The translations under genes were made by a program, and so were the position numbers. From Candidatus Thorarchaeota archaeon (lineage in GTDB: Archaea; Asgardarchaeota; Thorarchaeia; Thorarchaeales; Thorarchaeaceae), in NCBI GenBank assembly GCA_046482545.1, contig JAWOEX010000028.1, positions 96,001-160,000 on the forward strand: a stretch of 64,000 nt of DNA, given 5' to 3'. This document shows positions 43,537 to 51,990 of the stretch, in pieces. The stretch's first letter is position 1. Each line of letters opens with the position of its first letter. Under the pieces are notes generated by a model. It did not search any database, had not been told where the DNA came from, and was given only the letters and a program-made list of their open reading frames with translations.

Positions 43537-44319
43537 ATGGGGAAAATCCTGTTGAGACAGCTGCTTTCCCGGGTCGGTACTTCACTCGTAATACTGTCAG
43601 GATTCCTGGTCGCTTTGACCGTTATCGGCGATGTCATGCTGGGTTTTGAAGTTCCTCAAGCTCAGGCTCCATTCATGATTTTAGCTTCTCTTGCGTTCAT
43701 TATCGGCGGGACAGCATGTTTCAATGCTCAAGTCCAGGACCGGTCACTTCTCATAACAGCGGGGCTTGTCGTTATCGCGATTTCACTCTACTTAGTCGAG
43801 CCTTTCATCTTGTCACTTTTTACCCTAGCTTCAGGTGCAGTTGTCATGTCTGCTGGATTCGTGGGAAGGCACCAACCACCAGAGACCCCGTTTGCTTTTG
43901 ATCTTTCGAATGACTGGCATTTTCGGAATGCCAAAGGAAACGAGAATCGCGGTAGCCTTCAAGCAGCAACATTTGTTGACGACAATCTTGTCGTTTACCT
44001 GCTGATGTGGAACAAATCCGACAGATATGTTGACGATGCGTTCCATAGAATCAGACAAGAGGTCATGGAACCGAGGTCTGAAAATATCAGCTCTGGCTCT
44101 GCTGAAATCTACGGACACGATGCGGAGTCATTCAGTGGAACGAGCACTGACGGACATTACTTTGAAGTGTACAAGTATCATTGCAGACCCTCTGAAATGA
44201 ATATACTTCTGCAGATTACCTCTCAGGGAGGAGAAGCAGCAGTAAGGGAAGGCCAAGAGAAGGTTATATGTCATGGATCGTTTGACGACAGCGGAGAGAA
44301 ACAGAGACAGGATTCGTAG
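43537..44319 (+). CDS. Hypothetical membrane protein (four TMs plus a soluble C-terminal domain)
   Basis: 260-aa ORF, hydrophobic N-terminal ~110 aa. Confidence 0.7.
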   Translation: MGKILLRQLLSRVGTSLVILSGFLVALTVIGDVMLGFEVPQAQAPFMILASLAFIIGGTACFNAQVQDRSLLITAGLVVIAISLYLVEPFILSLFTLASGAVVMSAGFVGRHQPPETPFAFDLSNDWHFRNAKGNENRGSLQAATFVDDNLVVYLLMWNKSDRYVDDAFHRIRQEVMEPRSENISSGSAEIYGHDAESFSGTSTDGHYFEVYKYHCRPSEMNILLQITSQGGEAAVREGQEKVICHGSFDDSGEKQRQDS

Positions 44320-44440
44320 TCAGGTCGCAATCAGCCACATCAAGAGCGACCAAGCATAACAGATTGTCAGTCTTCTTCTGTTTATCTCCTTTCAAGATAA
44401 CCTGTTTCTTACAGTTTTAGGAACTGTGTGAAACTTCTGT

Positions 44441-44862
44441 GTTCCACCCTTCCCCTGCCAGCGTCGCCGCTCCCAAGGTACCCGTAGGCCTTGAGTCAGC
44501 AGGGGCTTTGTCCGTGTTCACTGGAATAGGATTCCTCCCTCGGTCCAGGCTTCTGTCTGCTGTCGTCATCCTGGGTCATCACTCCCGGCAACAGCGAGGT
44601 CTTCCACAGTTCTTGCCACGGCGTGGTCATGATCACCCACCTCAGCTTTGTCGCCGCCGCTGAGGAGGTCATTACAGACGAGGTGAACAGCCGCGGACGC
44701 CCCAGAGCTCGATGAATCTCCTGTATGGAGAGTGGGAACTTCTGTTTAGAAGAGCCTGTCTTCCTTGCAGCTTTCGGCCGCGTGCGTCACGCTACAGCGC
44801 TAGCCCACTTGCCTAGTCCTACTAGACCGGACTCCCGTACTAGGCCTAATGAACGCCCCCTG
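44441..44862 (-). ncRNA. Unclassified large structured non-coding RNA (~420 nt)
   Basis: About 60% GC island between AT-rich flanks; many helices whose mismatches become G-U pairs only on the minus strand; C(UACG)G and GCGA tetraloops; 17-bp long-range helix 44683-44703 / 44502-44521. Confidence 0.7.
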
Positions 44863-45034
44863 CTTGAAAGATAATCGTTACGGGAAATCTTACAGATATT
44901 TTACACTTTTCCACTCGGATTTTTTTAGGATTCTTGTAAAACTTATCCTTTCAAGAAATCAAAGCTATTAGGTATGCTCCAACCTATTCCCCAAGCTATA
45001 TATCCCGCTACGAAATGCTTGACGATACATATCG

Positions 45035-46525
45035 TTGCGGTGTAGAAAAATGTCAAACAATCCAGATACCAAGAAAGTGGCTGCGTTTATTGTTGTTGTA
45101 CTTGTGATAGCTGGAGCTGCATTTAGTGTCATCATATTGATGGAACCAAGTGTGCAACCGGGTGGTCCAGAAGTTCAAATCGCCACAGCAGGTGAAACTT
45201 TGGCAATCACATTGAACGAAATCAAAGCAATGGAATCCCTAGAAGGATCTACATCATTTCAGAACACATACGGAAATGTAAGAGGACAGGGAAATTACAG
45301 TGGTGTCAAAGTTGCAGACTTAGTTGAGCTAGCTGGCGGTATGGAAAGTGATCAGATACTTACAGTTAATGCGACAGATGGATACAGCGTTACCTTCCCA
45401 TATTCCAAGGTCTTTCCAAATTCTACAGCTCGAACGATTCAGGGTGATATGATCCTTGCATACGAGTACAATGGAACCGAAGTTCCTGACTGGGAAGATG
45501 GCTACAGAATTGTGTTCCTCACTGATGACGGGTACTACTCCAACGAGGATGCTCAACAAACCACTCCGTCCGAATACTTTGCAGGAGCGGCGGGGCCAAC
45601 CTGCATCACAAATGTTGACACACTGAGAATTGAAACACCGGAACCGACAGCACTCAGTATCGCACGGGAAGAAGGAACTACTGAATTCACCATGAAGGAA
45701 TTGAAGCAGATGGATACCATAACCGGACTGGGAGGTTACAAGAGATCCTCAGGCTCTCTTGAGGGGCCGCACAACTACACGGCCGTAACAATGGAGACCA
45801 TTCTGAGTTCTACAGGAACATTGCCCGTCAACTATACCATAGAAGCAATGGGTAGCGACGGATATACTACCTACTACAACAGCACACAAGTTGAATCAGG
45901 TACTTTCCAAGGCTACGACCCTGACACAGGTGAAGATATTGGAACGATAGTCTGTAATCTCTCAATCGCTTACGCCGAAAACGGAGAGCCGCTTCCTTCA
46001 GACATAGGTCCACTACGCGTTGTCACCATCCACGAAGACGGCTATTTCACCGACGGTCACTTCTGGAATAAAGAAATCGTGCAGCTGACCGTGGTTGATG
46101 AAGTGCCAGATTGGCAAATCGAGCTGGATGGCGTGGAACATCTCAACATGACGCATGACGATTACTATGCCGGTGCTTCGTGTAGCCACCACACAACAGA
46201 AATAGAGATGAATGGCGACACCTTCAAGGGTTTGCCATTGTACGTCCTTGTCGCGGCTATGGATGGTGGTAATGATACCCACTACACATTCAATTCAAGC
46301 CTAGCTCTAGCAACCCATTACAATGTCACCCTCTATGATGGTGAAGGCAATAATGTCACTTTATGCATTGATCAGATTGCGGACAACACCAGCATTGTCG
46401 TGGCAGGCTGGAAGAACGGGCAGCTGCTTGAAGGAGATGAATGGCCTATCAAACTCGTCACGCCCAATGCTACGGCTGTACTTGACAGCATAACCAAGAT
46501 TGAAATGATTGGCTGGGATGAATAA
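45035..46525 (+). CDS. Membrane-anchored protein with three molybdopterin-oxidoreductase-like (Oxidored_molyb-like) domains
   Basis: N-terminal TM; repeated YSGV/YTAV/FKGL, ATDGY/GSDGY, LAYEYNG/IAYAENG/AGWKNG, GPLRVV/WPIKLV; likely ATG at 45050. Confidence 0.72.
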   Translation: MRCRKMSNNPDTKKVAAFIVVVLVIAGAAFSVIILMEPSVQPGGPEVQIATAGETLAITLNEIKAMESLEGSTSFQNTYGNVRGQGNYSGVKVADLVELAGGMESDQILTVNATDGYSVTFPYSKVFPNSTARTIQGDMILAYEYNGTEVPDWEDGYRIVFLTDDGYYSNEDAQQTTPSEYFAGAAGPTCITNVDTLRIETPEPTALSIAREEGTTEFTMKELKQMDTITGLGGYKRSSGSLEGPHNYTAVTMETILSSTGTLPVNYTIEAMGSDGYTTYYNSTQVESGTFQGYDPDTGEDIGTIVCNLSIAYAENGEPLPSDIGPLRVVTIHEDGYFTDGHFWNKEIVQLTVVDEVPDWQIELDGVEHLNMTHDDYYAGASCSHHTTEIEMNGDTFKGLPLYVLVAAMDGGNDTHYTFNSSLALATHYNVTLYDGEGNNVTLCIDQIADNTSIVVAGWKNGQLLEGDEWPIKLVTPNATAVLDSITKIEMIGWDE

Positions 46526-46666
46526 GTCTCGATTAGGGGTATTCAAGGGGTTGAGGTAATTCTCGCTCCTCCCCCGAGACTGTAGTCCCCAATCAACACC
46601 CTTTTTTGTGAACAATTACCGCTCTACACCAAACAGCGAAAGCCACGAGTCTTAGGAGCAAGATGA

Positions 46667-47275
46667 TTGATGACCGATAATACACCTCGGAGCCAGCAAA
46701 CGGGGAATTCCTTGGAAGAGGCAACGGCTTTAATCAACAGATCGAAGTATAGCGAGGCCGTAAATACACTCGAGAAGAGCCTTAAGGTCCAACCCAATAA
46801 TACAGAAGCATGGAAGACGCTGATAACCTGTCAGATTGAAATGAAGCAACCCCAGCAAGCCATTGATGCCCTGGAAAATCTACTGAGGATTGACCCAAGC
46901 GCGCAGCGAGCATGGGCAGATAAGGGGTATCTGCACCTTCTTCTCAATCAGCAATCAGAGAGCATAGAGTCTCTCAAGAAGAGCTTAGAATTGTCCCCGA
47001 GAAACTGGCGACACTGGCTGCTTCTAGCAGCGGCACATCTCTTGGATCATGAATGGAAAGAAGCCCTTTTGTCTCTTGAGAAGGTCCTGTTACTCAATCC
47101 AAGTCATGCTGAAGCATGGTACAACTGCGCTGTATGCCATTTGATGCTGGGAGACGAAGAAGCCGCAACAATAGCACTTGAGTATGCCACATCGCTAGAC
47201 CCGAATTTTGAAGACCTCATAGAAGAGTGGTCTGACGGAGAAGACGAAGTAGAGGACCTAGCAGAGGCGTCTTAG
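46667..47275 (+). CDS. Tetratricopeptide repeat protein
   Basis: Repeated 34-aa units: P.N.EAW, DP...AW..KG, NP.HAEAWYN. Confidence 0.9.
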   Translation: MMTDNTPRSQQTGNSLEEATALINRSKYSEAVNTLEKSLKVQPNNTEAWKTLITCQIEMKQPQQAIDALENLLRIDPSAQRAWADKGYLHLLLNQQSESIESLKKSLELSPRNWRHWLLLAAAHLLDHEWKEALLSLEKVLLLNPSHAEAWYNCAVCHLMLGDEEAATIALEYATSLDPNFEDLIEEWSDGEDEVEDLAEAS

Positions 47276-47471
47276 AATGGCGGCATATTTACTACAGGAC
47301 TTCTGGCGTCAGGATATGTGGATTGGCAATTGTCTAGTTCACAATACAAGCTTAATTAAACGCAAGTACAGGAGATAAACCACAGAAGTAGGTGTACTAT
47401 TTCAGAATGTTGGGCATTTATTATACTAAATTGAAAGGAAATTAGTGTATTCGCGAAATAGACTTTAATAC

Positions 47472-50210
47472 ATGCTTGACAAGTCTGAACAAGACAACCA
47501 GGAGGCAGGCCCATTGGATACTCATGAATGGAGGCGAGAATTGGATAAACTCTCTGAAGCGAAGAGCACACTGGTGCACTTAAATCCCAAAGCTGATGAG
47601 AAACTGAAACGGCCAATGCGCCATTTGTACGACGTGTTCGCCAAGCTGAGTCAGACTGAAGAAGAAATCGAAGAAACCTCAGGCATAAACATTCTCAAGA
47701 AGAGGCGTTTGTCAGATCAAATTGAAAAGGTTTCTGGAGAGCTTAGAGAGGACTTCATGAGAGTTGTTAGAGATTTGGCCGACGAGGTGCGACAAGAATA
47801 CCATCAGACTACTCAGATGGCTCAGCGCCTCCAAAACATATCTCCGGCCAAAACCAAGTCAATAAAAGCACTTGAATTTCCTCCTGTTGGAGCTGGAGAC
47901 GTAAAAGATTTCCAGAGACTCTACAGTTTCCTCAAGGAATATTCTGAAAAATATACATCATTACATAGAGAAGTCGCAAGACAGGTAGGGGCATTACTTG
48001 ATGAAAATAAACGTACACTTGAGACCTATGAAAGACATATCACCATAGACCGGGGCGAAATCTCTGCAACAGTATCAATAGACAGCGTTGAAGGATTACA
48101 CATTGCAGATCTTGTCGAGGCAATGGAGAAACTCAAGGCTGAGAAGGCATACCTTGACGGACGGAAAGACGAAGTGAGCAGAATGCTCGCAGCCTCTCTT
48201 GTGTCTGAAGTTGAATCATTGCAGGCCTCAGTTGATACGGCATCTCGATTGGGATTGGAACTTCCAATTGACTACCCAAAGGAAATCAGAAGTATTGCCA
48301 GGGATGCCACACAAACGAACAATCTCACCTCCCTTGTGAGCTTGGAGAGTCAACTGCACTCTTCCAAACAAAAGATAGCGAACATGCTTAGAGACAAAAT
48401 CATCAATATCAAACATAGTGTGACCTCAAGGATTGTTGAAGGAGGCATACCTACCAGTTCGGATATTATTCCAGAAACTCCGACAGCGGTTCCTGAAGGT
48501 GATGACGTAGCTACTTTGCTTTCCGCCTATCAAAAAATGATTGAGTGGCAAGGGCAGGTCAAGATTGGGCTAAAAGATCGAATACAGGAAGTACTCGAGG
48601 AAATCGAGAAAGCAACTGAACGGCCTGAAGACGTAGGGATTAAGGATATCCTAACGGTCAGAGAATTTCTTGCGAATTCAAAGAAGAAGTTAGAGAAAGC
48701 CCAAATCGATGATATGATCAAGATATATCTGAAAGCTACCAACATGCAAGAGGAATATCGAAAAACAGTCACTGAGAAAATTCGAGAGTACTTGCAGCGT
48801 TTCAATGAACTTGCAACTTCAGCTGATAGAGTACTTGATTATGCACAACTCAGCAAGAAAGCACCAAAAGTGGATGAACTACAGGGTGGGTTGGTGTACT
48901 TGCTAAAGTCCCTAGACAACCTTCGGGATGCTGTTGAGAGTGGCGTGACTACATTTAGAGACGCAGCAAAGCAAGAACTCGAGGCCATTATCAACGACCT
49001 CCAAACTATCAAGCCAGAATATGCCGAGCTATTCCTTCCGATAATAGTTGACTTGGAAGATGGCGCTACGACAATAGAAGAACTTGATGAATTTGGTGCA
49101 ATTCGTTCTGAGATGCGAACAATCAAAGACAGTATTCTTGTGAAGGCCAAGGAGGCACTAGAAAATCTCAGGTATAGGCTTGGTGTCAAGATTCGTCTTG
49201 CTGCAGCTAAACTGATGGGTGCTGGAGTGACAATTCCGGGCGAGGTACAAGATTCAATCAGTGAACTGAACAATGTCGGTGTCGCAGCTGATTCTGTATT
49301 GAAATTGCCATCAAGAGCAAGAAAGATGATTGAAATCTATCAGAATGATATTTCCGGCGAAATTGTTGAGTTACTAGTCGACGAAGTCGATGAACTCATA
49401 GAATCATTTGACCAGGCTGCCAAGGTCGGCGTGCCGATGGATAAAGAGCTATCCAGATTGCGGAATATCAAACACAATCCCCCTCGGGAATTGGAAGCAG
49501 CAGCAGAGACATATGACGAACTGCGTACCCTAACCTCTTCAGAAGCACTTCAGAAGAAAATCCGCAGCAGGGCTGATCAGGCGTATGACCAGCTCAAAGA
49601 TGCAATCTCTATTTTCGAGCAGGAAGGGATGACTGATTTTGTACAGCGTTTGAATAATTTGCTGGATCAAGTCCCTGAAGAGATAGCAAGCGATGATACC
49701 GAAATCACTGAGACTCTTGATGTATGCCTTACTATGGCGAATATTCAAGAAGAGATGCTTGATGTGATTAAGAATATAGCAAACAAAAACCAAGAAACAT
49801 TACATGAAAATCTTTCAGAAGAGAGCAAGTACTACTCCACAATACGTCGAGTTTATGAAAGACATCCAAAAGAATTCAGCCAGAAAGTTTTCCCGCTTAG
49901 TCGCATGGAATCTCTTCAGGAGGAACTTCAGAATGCAGAAATGCTGGACACAGCAATAGCAAGATTCAACGAAATGAACGATCTCCAGACTAGGTGGGGG
50001 CAACAAGCGAAGAAAATGGATGATTGGCATAAATCACTGCGCATGTATATGTCAGGCTTTACCCCTGGGGCACCAGTTGATGACAGGAACAAGTTCATTG
50101 AGGACGCTAAGAGAGAAATCAAGGACAATTACAGCAAGGAAGACATAGTTTCTTATCTCTCTTGGGCGATGGACGTCATAGCTGACACAATGGTAAAGAA
50201 AAGAGAATGA
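47472..50210 (+). CDS. Large all-alpha helical repeat / coiled-coil protein (912 aa)
   Basis: Continuous heptad-like amphipathic helices broken by xG-hydrophobic turns; no TM, no P-loop. Confidence 0.85.
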   Translation: MLDKSEQDNQEAGPLDTHEWRRELDKLSEAKSTLVHLNPKADEKLKRPMRHLYDVFAKLSQTEEEIEETSGINILKKRRLSDQIEKVSGELREDFMRVVRDLADEVRQEYHQTTQMAQRLQNISPAKTKSIKALEFPPVGAGDVKDFQRLYSFLKEYSEKYTSLHREVARQVGALLDENKRTLETYERHITIDRGEISATVSIDSVEGLHIADLVEAMEKLKAEKAYLDGRKDEVSRMLAASLVSEVESLQASVDTASRLGLELPIDYPKEIRSIARDATQTNNLTSLVSLESQLHSSKQKIANMLRDKIINIKHSVTSRIVEGGIPTSSDIIPETPTAVPEGDDVATLLSAYQKMIEWQGQVKIGLKDRIQEVLEEIEKATERPEDVGIKDILTVREFLANSKKKLEKAQIDDMIKIYLKATNMQEEYRKTVTEKIREYLQRFNELATSADRVLDYAQLSKKAPKVDELQGGLVYLLKSLDNLRDAVESGVTTFRDAAKQELEAIINDLQTIKPEYAELFLPIIVDLEDGATTIEELDEFGAIRSEMRTIKDSILVKAKEALENLRYRLGVKIRLAAAKLMGAGVTIPGEVQDSISELNNVGVAADSVLKLPSRARKMIEIYQNDISGEIVELLVDEVDELIESFDQAAKVGVPMDKELSRLRNIKHNPPRELEAAAETYDELRTLTSSEALQKKIRSRADQAYDQLKDAISIFEQEGMTDFVQRLNNLLDQVPEEIASDDTEITETLDVCLTMANIQEEMLDVIKNIANKNQETLHENLSEESKYYSTIRRVYERHPKEFSQKVFPLSRMESLQEELQNAEMLDTAIARFNEMNDLQTRWGQQAKKMDDWHKSLRMYMSGFTPGAPVDDRNKFIEDAKREIKDNYSKEDIVSYLSWAMDVIADTMVKKRE

Positions 50211-50222
50211 ACAAGGAGGACA

Positions 50223-51614
50223 ATGACAATGCAAGGAATGGGATCACCAAGCTCTGAAGGCGATTCAGCGCGAGCTGCCGAGATATTTGCAATAGGAATA
50301 GGCGAATGCGGCTCAAATATCGTTGGTTCATACCTGCAATCAAGTAGAGACAAGAAGCTGCCCTCCAGAGTCAGAGGTTACATGCTCATCAACACAGATA
50401 GAGCAGACTTGACAAAAGTGCGGGATAAATACGGAATTCCCAAGGATCACACGCTCTTGTACGGAGCGAGCGAAATCGGTGTTGGTGGCAGATTCATGGA
50501 TGGTTATGAAGCTGTAATGAATTCGAAAGACATCATCTTCGATCAACTTGCCGGACTCGGCTTTGAAGGAGTCTCGGGATTTTGCATCTTTACCAGCCTT
50601 GGTGGGGGTACAGGATGTGGAGGTACCCCGGCGCTCATCAAACTCTTGAAGCAGAGATTCCAAGAAGAAGAAGGCAGGCGAATATTCGTCTATGTCATAG
50701 GAGTGCTTCCATTCGAAGGACAATCCAGCGAAGCTCTCAACTCGCTGTGGGGAATGTCCAAACTGCTTAGAGAACAGCTGCAAGAGCGTGGCGCTGATTT
50801 GACTATTCTTCTTAGCAATCGTACTATGCTGAAGCGAATCCTACAGTCGAGGAGAACAGACAGCGTAGACTACCTTCAGCGAGAACTTGAGATTGATATT
50901 GCCAACATAAATTCAATCGAGACAATGGTTCCTTCCACCCTAGAGTCCGCCGCTCCACAGGATGTAAGGACCGAACAAGCATTCGTAGAACTTGTCAATC
51001 CCATGGCGCTTGATGTAATTGATGCTATGCTTTCTCCCGGTGTTTACGAGCCTGAGAAAGATGTGTTTCCAACTACTGACTTGGCAGATTACAGTCGGCG
51101 TCTCGACCCTGTAGTAATACCTGCACTCTATCGGGACGCGGGCTTGATTCCTGATGCCGGTAACATGCAAAACCAACTCAAATCCATGGTGAATTATACG
51201 GCGACACAGCAATCATATGCTGATATAGGAGAGCAGCCAAATGCTGAATCGGTCTTCTATGTTTTCAAAGGGTCACGTCGAATCGCAAAAGCAGAGTATG
51301 GATCGTATCTTAAGGAGGCGTTGAGCCAGTTCACTGCACCAGGTGCGGCTATCACTCCATGCTATGTCAAATACGAAAATGAAACACCCACCGATCTATT
51401 GCTTCTTTTTGGCCTGCCTAAGATTCCCGAACTTGTCGAAATTGTCAAGGAAGCTACACAACTGGTAAATCTCCATAGCGGTAAATCGCCGCTCAAGCAG
51501 TCGTGGTTCAAGCGGTCAAAAGGTGTTGAACGGAGAGAATTGGTTAACGCCATCAACGACATTCGAGAGCTGTTCGGCTACTACGCTGATTTCCAAACCC
51601 AACCAACTGAATAG
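50223..51614 (+). CDS. Divergent tubulin/FtsZ/CetZ-superfamily GTPase
   Basis: IGIGECGSNI (T1), INTDRADL, GVGG (T3), SLGGGTGCG (T4 signature), VLPFEG, SN (DN position), TTDLADY (T7); GGAGG RBS. Confidence 0.92.
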   Translation: MTMQGMGSPSSEGDSARAAEIFAIGIGECGSNIVGSYLQSSRDKKLPSRVRGYMLINTDRADLTKVRDKYGIPKDHTLLYGASEIGVGGRFMDGYEAVMNSKDIIFDQLAGLGFEGVSGFCIFTSLGGGTGCGGTPALIKLLKQRFQEEEGRRIFVYVIGVLPFEGQSSEALNSLWGMSKLLREQLQERGADLTILLSNRTMLKRILQSRRTDSVDYLQRELEIDIANINSIETMVPSTLESAAPQDVRTEQAFVELVNPMALDVIDAMLSPGVYEPEKDVFPTTDLADYSRRLDPVVIPALYRDAGLIPDAGNMQNQLKSMVNYTATQQSYADIGEQPNAESVFYVFKGSRRIAKAEYGSYLKEALSQFTAPGAAITPCYVKYENETPTDLLLLFGLPKIPELVEIVKEATQLVNLHSGKSPLKQSWFKRSKGVERRELVNAINDIRELFGYYADFQTQPTE

Positions 51615-51679
51615 ATAAGAAAGAGTGAATCACTCCTGCAATAGAGATATCCAATCTCCGGGAAATTTGCAGTCTCTAA

Positions 51680-51708
51680 TCAGAAGGTCTGTGATGCACA
51701 CCTTCTGA
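51680..51708 (+). terminator. Hairpin downstream of the tubulin-like gene
   Basis: TCAGAAGGT-ctgtgatgcac-ACCTTCTGA, perfect 9-bp stem. Confidence 0.4.
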
Positions 51709-51990
51709 CTCAAACCTGACAATCACACTTACAAAGCACTTGGAGACATCAATGAACTTTCTTTCGATACACAATATGAAATCCAAGAACTTCAATTTCT
51801 TTGATTATCGTAAAATCTTCGAGTAACGCATCGATTCGTGGGATTAGAAATAAGTATTCATAGCCCATTTAAGAGGTCAGCAAAGTACCTATATGATAAC
51901 TGACCATGAGCTAGAAATCTTGATATTGATGCTCACATCCTGATGCATAGCCGCCAGTCAATCGAATGACTACTTTGGAGGAACCTTTGA

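Noticed and set aside
44439-44663. 74-aa plus-strand ORF inside the GC-rich island
   Set aside because: GTG start without RBS and Arg/Pro-rich shadow composition; the region is better explained as a minus-strand structured RNA
44441-44862. Naming the RNA as SRP RNA, RNase P RNA, tmRNA, OLE, HEARO or a cobalamin/Moco riboswitch
   Set aside because: Only partial resemblances (GUGGGCUAG..CUGUA, GAAGUUCC, ACAGAAG, CAGG..AGCAG with the wrong spacer); diagnostic motifs are missing or out of order, so it is left unclassified pending cmscan
46526-46607. G/C-run-rich stem-loops after the molybdopterin-domain gene
   Set aside because: Several short, mutually exclusive pairings ending in a T run; most simply a terminator region, with no SECIS context (no in-frame UGA upstream)
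47472-50210. SMC/Rad50 or methyl-accepting chemotaxis protein call
   Set aside because: No Walker A/B, signature motif, hinge, Zn hook or MCP hairpin motif
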